A stretch of 64,000 nt of DNA, taken from positions 13,804,784 to 13,868,783 of the forward strand of contig CM121341.1 of the NCBI GenBank assembly GCA_051530055.1. Reading direction: 5' to 3'. Made by a program: the position numbers and the translations under genes. Below the pieces are notes generated by a model. It was not told the DNA's origin, did no database searches, and saw only the letters and a list, made by a program, of their open reading frames with translations. This DNA is from Neoechinorhynchus agilis. Its lineage: Eukaryota; Animalia; Acanthocephala. This document shows, piece by piece, positions 22,388 to 35,066 of the stretch (position 1 is its first letter; each line of letters opens with the position of its first letter).

Positions 22388-23085
22388 CTACGTGAACCTT
22401 TAAATCCACAAATTTCAAAGGTTATATTTTCAAAAAAAATTTGACGACACGGAAATGTATTGTAGAAGTGAACTAGGCATTGAGGCGAATTACAAATAAG
22501 ATTGATCTAAGAGCGAATCTTTGAAATATTCTTCATTTTGATATATTGTATTTATGAGCTAATGGTGAGATATATGAACGGGAAGCGAATTGCTAAGGAA
22601 TAGATTGCAAATTACCATTCCAATGGAAAATTTGTTAATTGAGAATAGAACACTTTAATTATAACTTCAATATTCTGTTCTTGAATCTCGAATTATCAAT
22701 CAGGGCCGCCTTTGATTATATCACACGGACAATCTAAGTTGAGCGGATGGACTTTATTTTTAAACTCAAATACTCATTTTATGCTAAGCGTAAGCTGTAA
22801 TAATCTATTTAATGACTTGAAGCTCCTCAATGGCAATCAGAGAATCAACGTCGATTGCAGAAGACTGATGAAGTGAAGAGCTTTAACAAACCCATCTCAA
22901 AGCGAATAAAATTATTCAATTCTCGTAAACTTGCATTTGTTGTGTTCAAAGTTTATTCAATTAATACTATGATAAAATTGGCAGTAGTTGTCATGCAATT
23001 CAAAATAATGAGAGTTCCAACGGGTTATTAGTTTTGAATAGAAACGCGTCTACGAAAACGTTTAAGAAATCTTGAAACGTGATGT

Positions 23086-23355
23086 TCACATTCTGTAGCG
23101 AACTGCAGCGTCTATTGACTCCTCAGTTAAAGTTCCAGGTAAGCGTCTTTGGTTTCTGTTGAACACTGAATATGCACTGGGTCCTTTATTCGGTTTATTA
23201 TTGAATCCGAATTTGAGTAATGCCACGAGACTAATCATCAGATAAAATATCGGCATGAGTTCGAGCTGGTGGCATAAAAGTCCAAATAGAATAACAAGCA
23301 AGATGTAGAGTGTCCTTTCCACTGATTGTAGATTGTTCGTTTTGAAAATCAACAT
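23086..23355 (-). CDS. SAYSD1: SAYSvFN domain-containing protein
   Basis: Hydrophobic hairpin followed by GPSAYSVFNRNQRRLPGTLTEE. Confidence 0.9.
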   Translation of the reverse strand: MLIFKTNNLQSVERTLYILLVILFGLLCHQLELMPIFYLMISLVALLKFGFNNKPNKGPSAYSVFNRNQRRLPGTLTEESIDAAVRYRM

Positions 23356-24596
23356 CTTTTAAATCGAAATTATCTTGAAGAGCGCATGAGATAATTTTTA
23401 GTAAATTCTCCCTTTTGTGATGGGAGAACAGCTCTATGAAACTAGAAGAAGAATTATATAAGTCTATAAGTTCGCCGACGGGCTGACAGAAGCAATGTGA
23501 TTAAAAATTGCTAAAAAAGATATTCAACTAAAAAATGATTAGGATTAGCCTCTTTTATTAAAGGGAATTCAAGAAAAACTTTTTTGCGGACAATAGACGG
23601 CAATTTCATTTGGAATGAGCTAAATCTGTCCATTCATTGTCATATTCAACACAAAGACAAAGTTTACAAACGTAAAATATCAATGGTGTTAGAATTTTTA
23701 AATTAACGTACGTAACCTATAATAAAATTGTCATCAAAAGCAATCAAATGAGTCGATACCACACAAGTTTACAACCTTTCATCAAAACAGCTCATCTGAG
23801 AATTAAAAATGACGATCTGAGTCCGAAATAATTTAATTAAAGGAGTCGAGCAAAGCGATTGAAAATGCAGAAATCGACAAATGAGCTCTAAATGCAACTG
23901 ACATTTTATCATCTTTACGCTTTTAAAAATGACAAGTGAACTTTCACCAAATCGTCAAGTGCCAAAAGTATTTTTCAATAAAAGTATTCACACAAAATCG
24001 AGTCCGTTTTCCTACTATTGATCTCAAAATTACTGGTGATCATTCGACAGATATAATGTTATTCCAAAAAAAGACGTTTTGAGGAATTTTCATCAAACCC
24101 ACACAAATTTCACCCTTCCGTAACAATTTGTGGAATCTCCAAGTGAACTAAGCTTATTAATATGCATATTTGCAGACCATCGAATTAGTCCGTCGGAATA
24201 TAATGCTGTTTTCATTATATCTTAAAAGGAACATTTAGAGGTGATCGCAAAGAACAAATTAGACCTTTAATAATTCCAAGATTAATTAACAAAATACTCA
24301 GTATAGTTCCGGTGTTTACTTTTATGCCCTAAGAAGCAGTGTTCGATTATCGCCCATTTCGTTTTTAAAACAAAAAATGAAAATGCTGATTTTATCAAGA
24401 AGATGACAATGGTAACTAATCGGAACAGCGAGACCGTACAACAAATGAATCTACCTCGGAAGTTTTTGTTGAATTACTCAATAATCAATATTTTCCTTTC
24501 TGTTGACGGTCGAAATGACGTCGTTCAAAAATGCTCTAGAAAAACCGAGTGATTAGATAAAAGGTTGTAGAGAAGTGACTAAATCCGAACCGAAAA

Positions 24597-24950
24597 ATGA
24601 AAACCTTTCTCGTCTTTCTTGCTCTTTTCTCCGTGGTGGTTGCTGTCGTCCAGAAACGAGGAGCTTACGAGGCAGCTTCTCCCTCAGAACTCGCAACTTA
24701 CGTCCGTGGGGTGGCGTGGGCAATGACCTCGAGAACTTGTGGAGTAGATATTGCCAATCTTCCACCGACACTTAAGAACGGACAAACTCTTCTTATTCAG
24801 TTCAAAGTGACCAGTCCAGTCATCGAAGACATGGTATATGAAATGGAAGTCGACGTGGAACCAGCGAGATTTGTTCTCCTAAGTCTGACTTACCTTAATC
24901 CACAGCTTTACAAAGTCGTGGATGCGTCTTGTCCTAAAGGATCACAATGA
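24597..24950 (+). CDS. Orphan secreted protein, single exon
   Basis: 117-aa ORF, clear signal peptide MKTFLVFLALFSVVVA, two Cys, AATAAA at about 25010. Confidence 0.7.
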   Translation: MKTFLVFLALFSVVVAVVQKRGAYEAASPSELATYVRGVAWAMTSRTCGVDIANLPPTLKNGQTLLIQFKVTSPVIEDMVYEMEVDVEPARFVLLSLTYLNPQLYKVVDASCPKGSQ

Positions 24951-25023
24951 ACCACATAATGTTTAGGTGACATTAATATCTATAGATCGTAGTTTAGCAT
25001 TCAATATTTAATAAACTTTTTTC

Positions 25024-25444
25024 AGAGATGAAAGTTTTGTTAAATTTTGGTGAAAATATAAAAAATCCGATCACTGTCATATCAAAACGTTCTATTCGAA
25101 TGGTCAATCATTCAAAGAAATATACAAGATGTGGAAGTGGGGAAAAATTATATATCCAAGAATCACTTTAATTGCAATATTTCGTCCAATCAACAAGCAA
25201 TAAGAAGTCCACCGTGATTGGACGAAATATTTCAATTAAAGTGATTCTTGAATATATGATTTTTCCCCACTTCCACATACTCATGGATTTTATCTTTAAA
25301 TATAGAAGAGAAAAAATCAGCAATTCTGAAATCAGTATCTTAATTTTCTTATAAATAACCAAAGGTGATTTTGGTACATCGGTTTCGCCCGTATTTATTA
25401 AGTGAGCATCGAATCTGACTTATTATGAAAATTCGTTCAGTGAA
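25024..25444. repeat. Dispersed repeat A, copy 1 (carries a nested hairpin MITE)
   Basis: Aligns with 34643-34849 on both sides of an insert of about 175 bp. Confidence 0.85.
25129..25278. mobile_element. Hairpin MITE with about 64-bp inverted arms
   Basis: atgtggaagtggggaaaaat...atttcgtccaatca and tgattggacgaaat...atttttccccacttccacat are near-perfect reverse complements. AAATATA lies on both sides of the wider insertion (candidate TSD). Confidence 0.8.
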
Positions 25445-26229
25445 CTTTGTTATTTCTTATAATGCAATACTTAAGAAATATCATCACCCGATATTGATTT
25501 TTCCTGCTTGCTGAGAAATTAATTGGAGTTAAAATGTCGATAGTTTAGTTCTTCACCCATTAAATAATTTTTCATTAAAAACGTTTCGAATCTCGTCGTT
25601 TTGAAGGAGGAATGCTTCTGATCTCGGATCGCCAGTGATTCGTCTCAATCTCTTGGAAAAACGATCCGAGTGCCTCGACACCAAAGGGAACGATGAACTT
25701 TTTATAACGCAGGAACTTGTTGACATCTCTTTGCTTTGCAATAAATTCTAACTTAGAAACGATTCTCGCGCGATAAATAACGATTTTAGCAAAACAATTT
25801 AATCTAAATCATTGTGTACCTTCACTTTTTCTTTGGCTTTTAAAGGCCTCAAATTTCAAGGCTAAATAAATTTTGCGTTATGAAAAAGAAAGAAACAAAA
25901 ATTGTAATAATAGCACGTTTATTTGTTAATACACCAAAAGAGGCGAATGTACCTTTGGGTTCTTATAAAAACTCGAGTTCTGTTTTGTTCGTTTAATGCG
26001 GTTGTTGATTTTGGAGTTGATTACAGGTTCGATCGGTTGGAATATCCGCTCAGGGTCAGTTCAAGTGGAAATTGCATGTTATTGTTTGCAGGAGCGCTTG
26101 TAAGGTTGGGTATTTCCTTAGAAGACTTTAATATTTTCTTGGCGGTTCAAATATAGTCGTCGTCGGAGGTAGACCGGCACGTTTCTGTTCTATAAAATTT
26201 CGATTCTGAGATGCTGATCTAATATTCTC

Positions 26230-26425
26230 ATCTTTTTTATAGCGAATTATAATAATTGATTGATTTGATAATTTTTGGCCTTCGCGTAGGCCTTATTTAT
26301 AAACTTACAAGCTGGTGCATTTTAGATAGACTGAAGAAGGCCTACGCGAAGGCCGAAAATTATCAAATCAATAAATCAACCATTATAATTCGCTATAAAA
26401 ATGTAAATGATGAACATCTTTACAA
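26230..26425. mobile_element. Foldback-type MITE with about 60-bp TIRs, copy 1
   Basis: tttttatagcgaattat...ggccttcgcgtaggcctt pairs with aaggcctacgcgaaggcc...aattcgctataaaaa. A related copy is at 50901-51064. Confidence 0.85.
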
Positions 26426-26784
26426 TATTCTCATCTATAACTGAACAACAAATTGCCATCTTATCGTGAGAATTAGGTTGTCTGATTAAATATCCTATGG
26501 TCGTCTAAGTTCATTGTTGCATTTAAGGATCTTTGAACTTTGAAACTCGATTGAGCGATGGTTTTGCAATCGATTTATGAAAGCAATTAAAAGCTTGTAT
26601 TAAACACGATCGGCGATTTAACTTTTCTCCAAATCCTCGAATTTTAGATGTCGGTTGCTCAAATGCTATGTTCAAAATGTGAAAACGTTGGTTTTATGTT
26701 TCGCTTTACATTTACCTTCCACTTCATATTTAATGAAAGCTCTTCAATAAACCGAACAAACAAATCGACATTGTAGCAGAACTA

Positions 26785-29700
26785 ATGGATATAATGCAAA
26801 TGGCACTTTTGACTGAGTCCGTTTCTCACAGGAATTTACAAAAGTGTGTTTTTTCTCCATGTTTTCGACTATTTTCGGTTTTATTCTTATTGAAGATCAT
26901 TGATTAAATTAGTTAATGAAAATGCGTTATCATACGAGCACATTGACCAAGCCATCGGAAAAATTAAGCCATCGTTGGATTCTGCTGATTTAACGTCGTT
27001 TTTATCGCTAGTGATTCATTATGTTCCCAAAGGTACGAATTGAAATCACGATTAGATCTGAAATCTTCGCACTTAGGATTATCAATAATTATTATTAATC
27101 ATAGAGATCGTGAGTAACTGCGGGTTTTTTCTGGTATAAGCGTTGCATTTTTGGGTAAAAAGTGATCGATCGTTTATGTTCTTGTGTATGTGAAAAAGAA
27201 CATCCAATTGAAAAAGAGATGAAACTCTTGGTTCAACTGTGCCTCCGATCTAATCCACAATGCGCCTCGCCGCTTCAATTGGACGCATGTATTGAACTTG
27301 CCTTAGGACGCAAGTAAATGTTTTTAAAAACAATTGTTGAACAAAACAATTTAGGTGACCAGTGCTCACTTGATACAATGATTGCTGGGGCAACACTTTT
27401 TGTTCATCATTGTTTGGTACTCAACAGTGAACGTATGATTGAATCAGCTCGCAAAAGACTAAACGAACCTGATCTTGGGCGAGCAGCACATTATGCAATT
27501 TGTTTCGCAATTGTTTCACAATCCGACCATGCGACCATAAAAGATATAGTTTATTTTGCGATGGATCATCTTTTTAAGTTCAACAGTCGTCCCAATACTC
27601 CTATCACTAGACTTTTATTCACAATGTCGTTAGCTGAACTGTCTAACCTAATCGTTTGCTTGGAATGTGATGATTGCATTTTCCGTTCTCAACTAGTCAC
27701 ACATTTCGTCAAGGAGGTTTCAAATGCGTTTTGGAGCGGTCTGGAGCATAGAATTGAAGTCGAACGTACTAATATTGAACACGCTTATGGGTGTATTTTG
27801 AAGAAACATTCATCTCAGAATTGTCGAGAATGTGGGCTTTCGGACGAGTTACGTATATCACGAAGAAAACGATTCGTTGAGCGATGTAGCCTTTAAAAGA
27901 ATCTTGAGGAACGTGCTTCCTACATTCTAGATAATAGTCCTACCCGTTCAATACGCTTTTATGTATGTGGGTTTGAAGAGTCAAAAGCTGAAATAATCGA
28001 CTGTTGTCATATATATATCATCATTAGGTTACTTTAAGAAACCTCAAGATTCTCTTGATGTAAGTGCTCCTTTTTATGCTTCTTGATTAGGACTCATGGT
28101 CCCCAAATAGTCCACGACATTTATCCTGACCTAGTAGAACAATCTCTTATTGAACTATGTGACCGAGCTGCAGCCAAACAACTCTCTGGACTTTACGCAA
28201 CTTTATCACGATCACTCAATGATGATACGATCGCCATTGAACGGGTATTGAGGCCAATAATTGCCCATTATAATCGTACTTCACAAAAAATCCTTATATG
28301 TCAGCTGGTCGCTCCGGAGCTACTTAAAACAAAACCATATCCTTTTGCCCGCTATTTAATTTCACTTCCTAATCAAGATGAGTTTGCTGCCTTTGTAACT
28401 TTGTCTCTCGTCACACTTTCCGATTCGAATCCAACAAACGAAATTTTGGAAGGTATCGACGAGCGTACGATCGAAACCAGCTTACAAAGTCCGAGTTTAA
28501 TTGAGAAAGCTGATGCGTTCAAGCTCATTTGCAAACTCAGACCGACAATTGAACGCACTGACATTATTCTTAGATTTTTGGAAAACGAGTGCCATATGAC
28601 TGAAGCGCATCTTCGAAACCAGTTTGTAGTGAATATTGAAAAATTGATGAGGCGTCTAAGATCCATGAACGCAAAAAATGCCCTTCAAAAGATGTTTACT
28701 TGGTAATGAGTCTACGATTGTGGGATTTCATTGTAAATGAGTGTCTTATTGATTCTACGTACTCACAAAGGAATTTTGGACTGCGAGTGCTTTCTGTTTT
28801 ACTTCAACCGATTCATCACACGGTGATACCTTCGAAGTATTTAGAAGTCTTAAACGAGATATTACTAATAACTTCAATGGATTCGTATGAAGATAACCGA
28901 TCAATCGCGATCAGACTTCTAGGTTGTACTCCTAATAAATTAAGCAGCGAGGAACGATCTCGTGTGTTCCATCAACTAAAGTCTCATCTTCGGATCGTGC
29001 GTTGTCCCCGCCGATTGGAATGTATAAGCGAAGCTCTTGCATATTTCTCACAAGGCAATAAGATCGATGACATCATTGAAGTGATATGTGCTGAAAGTTT
29101 CTCAGGTAATAAATTTGAAGATGTGACTCGAATAGCGCATTGAACCTCAAAATTGTGCAACCTACGTAGGTTCTCTGACCTTATATGTTCCTCGGATCTT
29201 CTTCCTTTGCTCGTTTGTACACGGCATATTCTTAGTCTTCGACTTGATTCGATCACTGTTGAAGTGAAGTCGAAATTGGTGCAGTCATGTTTAGACATGT
29301 GGAACGTTTCGCTAATTGTAGTTGGATCAGAATCACCAGAAGGTCGTACTTTCATTCCAATGGACTTTACGATTGCCGATCCTGCTCAGCAAGTAAGCAA
29401 CCAGAAGATCCTCGTTTTCACTTGGAGACTTGTGAAGGAAGTAGCCGCTGTACTCGCTATTTTATTCACGGAATCCATCCAGAAAACCGTGCTGAAAAAG
29501 GATGTTCTTAAACAAGTGTGGGATGCGTTTATCTGTGTGATCTTAACTGCTAGACATCATGGAGCATTCGAGGAAGTACACAAACAGTTGTTGCATGTTT
29601 GTCGGGCATTGTGGCACTCGTCCGATGCTGATTTTAATGAATGGCCACTGTGTGCTTTAGACGAAATTCGAAAAGAGTTCAATTCACTTGAAATGGGGAG

Positions 29701-32220
29701 CCACGATCTGAGGATGCGTACAACCAGGCGATCCGGTGGATTGCCGTGAGGATGCGTACAACCAGGCGATCCGGTGGATTGCCGCTTCTAGTTCACGCGA
29801 TTGTGTCAACAAGTCGAATATCTCAAAATATGGATTATATCGATTCAGCTCTAGCTTCTAATTTTATCAAAGAATTAAATGAAAACGTTTTGAACGTGCC
29901 GAGTTGCTCTAATACGGAGTACATAGAAGTCCACAGCCTAAATGTCGTTCGCGTTTTGCTCCGAGATCAGATAAGACTCAGTGGTCGACAGCTAGACAAA
30001 CAAAACGGTCCAAACTTGGCGTTAATCACACTACCTGCCGTCCTGAATAGGCTTTCGTCTAAAACGAGTTGGAATGTTCGAAATGCTGCCTCTTTGCTTT
30101 TTAAATGCATTCTTAACTTAGTATTTGGAACTGATCGGTCGGACGGTTATCGAATATCACCACGAAATCGAATGCAGATAAGTCGATTTCAGTCACTATA
30201 TCCCTACCACTGGCAACTATTACGTGAAGATTTTTTTGAATGTGATCATTGCGAAGACGTTCAATTTGCTGTTCTATTATTTGTATCTCATTTGGAATGC
30301 GACCAATGGACGACCGATGAAATTGAAGATTGTGTTATCCTGTTCGTCATAAGGTAAAACATCACAGCATTAATTTTATTTCTAGTTTTAAGTAATAAAT
30401 TTAGGTGTTCATTGCACACTAGGTCGTTCCGCGTTCATAGATTGTGTGCAATTGCGATCAAATCACTTATACAGCCTTTTAAATGTGCGGAGACAGTGGG
30501 ACGGATAATAGAACACTTGAAACTGATTGTTGAACGCAAAGATTTTCAAACTGCTAAGAGTGTAAAAGACAATGATTCTTAAGAGACCAGCATTTCGGCA
30601 GATATTTTGATAGGATATTTTTTCGTCAAATATGCGAGAGCTTAAAAAGTCCACGAACACGAAAAGCTTTCGAGTATAACTTTTAAAGAAGGATCTGCTT
30701 GAGGTTCACCATAAAAATCATTTCTCCTTAAAGTACCATTATTAGGTGCACATTATCCATTTTTATGGACCGCTTCAACAATGAATACACATCTAGAATT
30801 TACTTCTTATAATACACAAGAATCATTTTGTACTAAGCGCCGCTCTCTCATTAATATTAACTCTTCCTTCGATTTCATTGCACTCTAATGTTGCTGAAAG
30901 CGTTCAGAGAATCACGCACCAGTTAAAGTGTGAGTTTCAATTGAGCACTCTTCAGTTGGTATTGATGTGGAGAGTACGTTCTCATCTTGGCTTGCCAAAC
31001 GATGATTTGACTTCCCAATTCGATAGAATCCTGGTAAGAGATGGCGAACTTTGCCATTTGGTTTCTTCACTTGCTCACTTGCCCAGCAAAGTGGGCGCAT
31101 GGATCTTGGCCTTAATTTCAAATCACGTTGGCCGAGATGTGTTTGAATGCATGGAGCATTTGCTGGGAACTAGAGATGAAGAAGATAGTGATCGTCTTGC
31201 TAGTCAAATCTTTGCGTTTGCGGACACTGATCCAGAAGTTATAAGTCTTAATATGTGCTTTATGGCTAAAGTGTTGGTTATCAGGCAACTGGAAAGTTCT
31301 TTAAAAGAAAGCGATCTCAGTTATGTTGCCATGGTTAGTTATGTTATGTATTTTTTTAACATAGTGATGTTTAGCTATGTAGGTTGTGTTCGTTTATTTT
31401 GTCCAAGAACAATGTTCAGCTCGATATTTCCATAAAATTAATCAATGCTTTGTTCAATCTTACCACCAAAGACTTAAACGAAAGTGAATTCAGTTCAATT
31501 TGTCTAGGAATAGCTTCGCTGGTCGCTCGAGCAGAGAATCCAAAATTGGCGTTAGATCGAATGATTCAATTCTTGTCTATTTCGTTCGATTCTGCACTTT
31601 TACTAAGTGATCAAACACATGAAAGACGTGTGAGTTTTGATATCCTATTGAACGTTTCTGTGATTTGTCTTCAAAAATTGTCACATCTTTTGCAACTCGA
31701 CTGCTTAAAGACAAACGAACTAGTCTTTAAATGCGTTACTCTTTACATGTCTGAAAAATCGAATTTCAATGTTCAAACTTGCCGAGCAGTGTTACGACCG
31801 TTTGTGGACGTAACAGCCAATCGAATCGGCGTGTATTGCACATTTGAGATGGCTCTAAATCTATTATGGACGAGATTCGATTTTGTCGCAGTATCTAGAT
31901 TGTTGGTGGAATTGTTTTGCCTGCTCGTTCCGGAATCTGGTACAACCCATAATAACGAAAATATTTGTGTTAGTGACGTTTTCGAAGCTGATCAGGATTC
32001 TGAATCTGAGTTCGGACATTCATCATTCTTGCTGGCTACTAAAGTACTCGACAGCCTAGAGAGTCACAGCTGCAATATTGCACGGGAAATGTTAAGAGAT
32101 AAGTGGAAAGAGAGTGATAATCGTGATTTAGATGTTTTGTTCTTTGGACAGCTAATTAAAGGACGTCAAAAAACTAAATTAAATCGAATACGCGCCAGGT
32201 ATCGAAATTTATTCTTCTAA
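26785..32220 (+). CDS. THADA: THADA/Trm732 homologue (HEAT-repeat tRNA methylation cofactor), multi-exon
   Basis: DUF2428-type motifs SPEG, LVFTWRLVKEV, ARHHGAFE, TTRRSGGLP, VHSLNVVRVLLRD, SWNVRNAASLLF, STYSQR. Several short introns; a few frame breaks (about 28700, 29170, 29747). Start and some junctions are approximate. Confidence 0.88.
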
Positions 32221-32565
32221 TAAAAATTATGGTTTTAATCAGTCGATCTGCTCCACGAGTTCCAACCCCCTGAAAAGAATTTATTTCTGAACTTTCGACA
32301 CCTAACGAAATCATGGAATAAACCAATTTTATGCTAGAATCGAGTCCGTAAACTTGATTGAGTGTTGCAAGACTAGGCGTTCTTGTACTGATGATCATAA
32401 CGCTTGAATGAAAGTAAAACGTCAGGATTTCGCGCTTGCATTTCTAACTTTAACCATTTTTATGGCATCTTAAAGTCTGACATATCGTTGAATTTTTAGT
32501 GCTTCTTACATTTTGTCATTGACCCCGTTTTTGTCTCAGGCCAAACATTTTTATCGAAGGATTTA

Positions 32566-33152
32566 TTAGGCGAAATGATTGGAAATAAACTGAAAGTAGA
32601 ATAGTCCATATTTGATTTGGATCAAGAGGAGTATTGAATACACTATGACGATAACCATTACTCCTATCGTGATTGCCGAAACAGCGATTCTAAATGCACC
32701 TCGACTAAGCACATACGCCTTTTCCGGCCAATAAAGGGGATTTTTTTGCTAGATAGTTCGAGGGAGTAGACCGAATACTTGAGAGCTATGATGCCAATAG
32801 GTAAAAACATTACTGTTCCAACAATTGATAACCACACGAACGAATGAATGTATCCGACCGGTCGTATGGCATTGAGATCTTTTTCTATTTGATGTGTTTT
32901 TTTAGCCCGTTTTCCAGTTAACATTCCCTCTGTTTCCTTCCTCAGTTTATCCTCTATGTCTTTTTGATGCTTTAGCCATTTTACTAATGCAGCGTTGTTG
33001 TTACGCTGAGTTTTAAACGGAAGCAGTTTGTCTGTATCTCTAGATCCATTTTCATCTGACTCTAGACAAAAATAATCCATCCTTATAATGGAAATCAAAG
33101 TCCAGGATCTTATTTTTGTGTGGTTGCTTAGCAACCCATAAGGTAGTGGCAT
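32566..33152 (-). CDS. CD225/dispanin family membrane protein
   Basis: HSFVWLSIVGTVMFLPIGIIALKYS. Adding one base to the homopolymer at 32741-32747 restores EKAYVLSRGAFRIAVSAITIGVMVIV and a stop at 32566-32568. Confidence 0.75.
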
Positions 33153-33818
33153 CCAAGATTATTAGCTCATATTGTCTTCGTTTTTTCATGTACCACTAGA
33201 AAACGCTCATCACAGTTTAAAAATTAAGTTCGGCTATAAATGGATTCTTTTCGTCAAGGGCGTATTCAACTCAGACTTTTGAGGATTTTAATAACTCAAC
33301 AAACCAATGCCAAGTCCTGAAAACTGAGGTGCGAACAAAATTATTGTCTCGGCGAGGAAAAGCGAGAGTCGAGGTAATCTTTAAAATGCAATCACGATTG
33401 CCATGTTATTCGTGAATCGGAACTTGTTCTCTTAAAGTATGCAAGCAACACTTATTATCTGGCTCTATAATCATAAAAAAATTCATGTTCAGTGGAACAT
33501 TGTGATGAATTATAAAATAAAAATCGGCCAAGACCAAACCCAAAGCTATGAGGACCCAAAGGTACATGGGTCCTCCTAAACCTTTCTTTGCATCCAATAA
33601 ACGTGCCATTATTATAATAACAAGGTGACTTGAGCGCTCTGGGATGGATGTGCTTATCAGAGACTATGATATGCATCCGACTAACTGGTATCGATTTCAT
33701 ATTTTATATACGAAAATAGGAAAAAAGGCCTTAGCGGCATGTAGCACGAGCAAACGTTGACATAAATACACTAGATTCGGTATTTGGTATTCATTGCCAT
33801 GGCAACATTCGATTTTTA

Positions 33819-34361
33819 ATGCCAAACCTATTAAATATCGTCCTGGAAAATTATCACACCGCCTTGAAAATGCTGCCAATAATCATTATAACATTCACTC
33901 TGAGTCCGAAAATCACTGCAACAAAAGATGATCACATTCCTCTTTCGGTGAGAGTGTGGAATGTGGATAAAGTTACCACTACTTCAAGCTCGGAGAAAAT
34001 TTTAAAGAATTTAGACGCTTACAAGTTAAACGCGGATGACAACGGTTGCGAGTGCAATGAAAACTGTGAATTTTGCATAAAAGAGTGCAGGATAATATGT
34101 AAAAAAATAATGCGAAGATCAATGGTTAAAAAAGAGAAGCGAACACACCGGAACGTTCGCAAAAAAAGAGACGACTCATTAGAATTAAGGAAGCTAGAAA
34201 TGTTTAACTGCCATCAAAATTGTCAAGTTAACTGCCAATTCGATGATGCAAGGAACGCTTACTTGGGACGTAAACGTGAATGGCTGGTACGATGTATAGA
34301 TCGATGCGTTCGAAATTGTAAATGGGGAGGAAATCGGCACTCAGATATCGAACAGACATAA
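33819..34361 (+). CDS. Orphan Cys-rich secreted precursor with basic cleavage sites
   Basis: Signal-like MLPIIIITFTLSPKITA (Met at 33870); three Cys clusters with Cx3C spacing; RKKR and RKR sites. Confidence 0.65.
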   Translation: MPNLLNIVLENYHTALKMLPIIIITFTLSPKITATKDDHIPLSVRVWNVDKVTTTSSSEKILKNLDAYKLNADDNGCECNENCEFCIKECRIICKKIMRRSMVKKEKRTHRNVRKKRDDSLELRKLEMFNCHQNCQVNCQFDDARNAYLGRKREWLVRCIDRCVRNCKWGGNRHSDIEQT

Positions 34362-34642
34362 CTGATTTTTGTTGAAAAGGGTAAATAAATTTGCGAACCG
34401 AGATAAAGGCAGCGAAACATGAAAACCAAGTAATACAATAACCTAAACAATTTTATGAGCGAAAAATTTCGACATGGAGAATAGTTGCAAAAATTGTTAG
34501 TGAAACGAGAAACAACCAAGTTGTGAATAGTAATCTTAAATTTAGCAAAATATCTATGCACAGAACTTTAGAAATTAGGACAAATCAAACGTTGCAACTT
34601 TTGTGATTTTGCGTTCGACTTTGAACAATAACATTTATTAAT

Positions 34643-34849
34643 AGAGATGAAAGTTTTGTTAAATTTTGGTGAAAATATAGAAAACTCCGATTACTGTCAT
34701 ATCAAAACGTTCTATTCGAGTGATCAATCATTCAAAGAGACATAGAAGAGAAAAAATCAACAATTCTGAAATCAGTATCTTAATTTTCTTATAAACAACC
34801 AAAAGTGATTTTGTCGAATCCGACTTATTATGAAAATTCGTTCAGTGAA
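34643..34849. repeat. Dispersed repeat A, copy 2 (empty site)
   Basis: Colinear with 25024-25444 but lacks the hairpin insert. Confidence 0.85.
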
Positions 34850-34954
34850 AGGGAAAAAATTTGTTTGGCTATGCGAAATAGAGATAAATTTAATAGTTAA
34901 CTTTCATAATGTTTCGTCCTTTTCGTCGGAATTCTTCAGGGTGAGAATAAAGGA

Positions 34955-35066
34955 CACTCAGAAGCCACCCTCACCAACCTTTTATACGTGAAGTCCGACG
35001 GACGAATTATTGTAAAATGGAATTAATAAATCATTCTCTATATCACCAAACAAAATATATCCACGA
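34955..35066. repeat. Dispersed repeat B, copy 1
   Basis: ctcagaagccaccct...aagtccgacg...accaaacaaaatatatcca also occurs at about 63341-63447. Confidence 0.65.

Noticed and set aside
24597-24950. Annotation as a true cystatin
   Set aside because: Lacks the QxVxG and PW motifs; left as an orphan secreted protein.
28690-29175. Programmed frameshifts in THADA (28700, about 29170) and in the CD225 gene (32741-32747)
   Set aside because: Each is repaired by adding one base to a homopolymer, the typical long-read deletion error.
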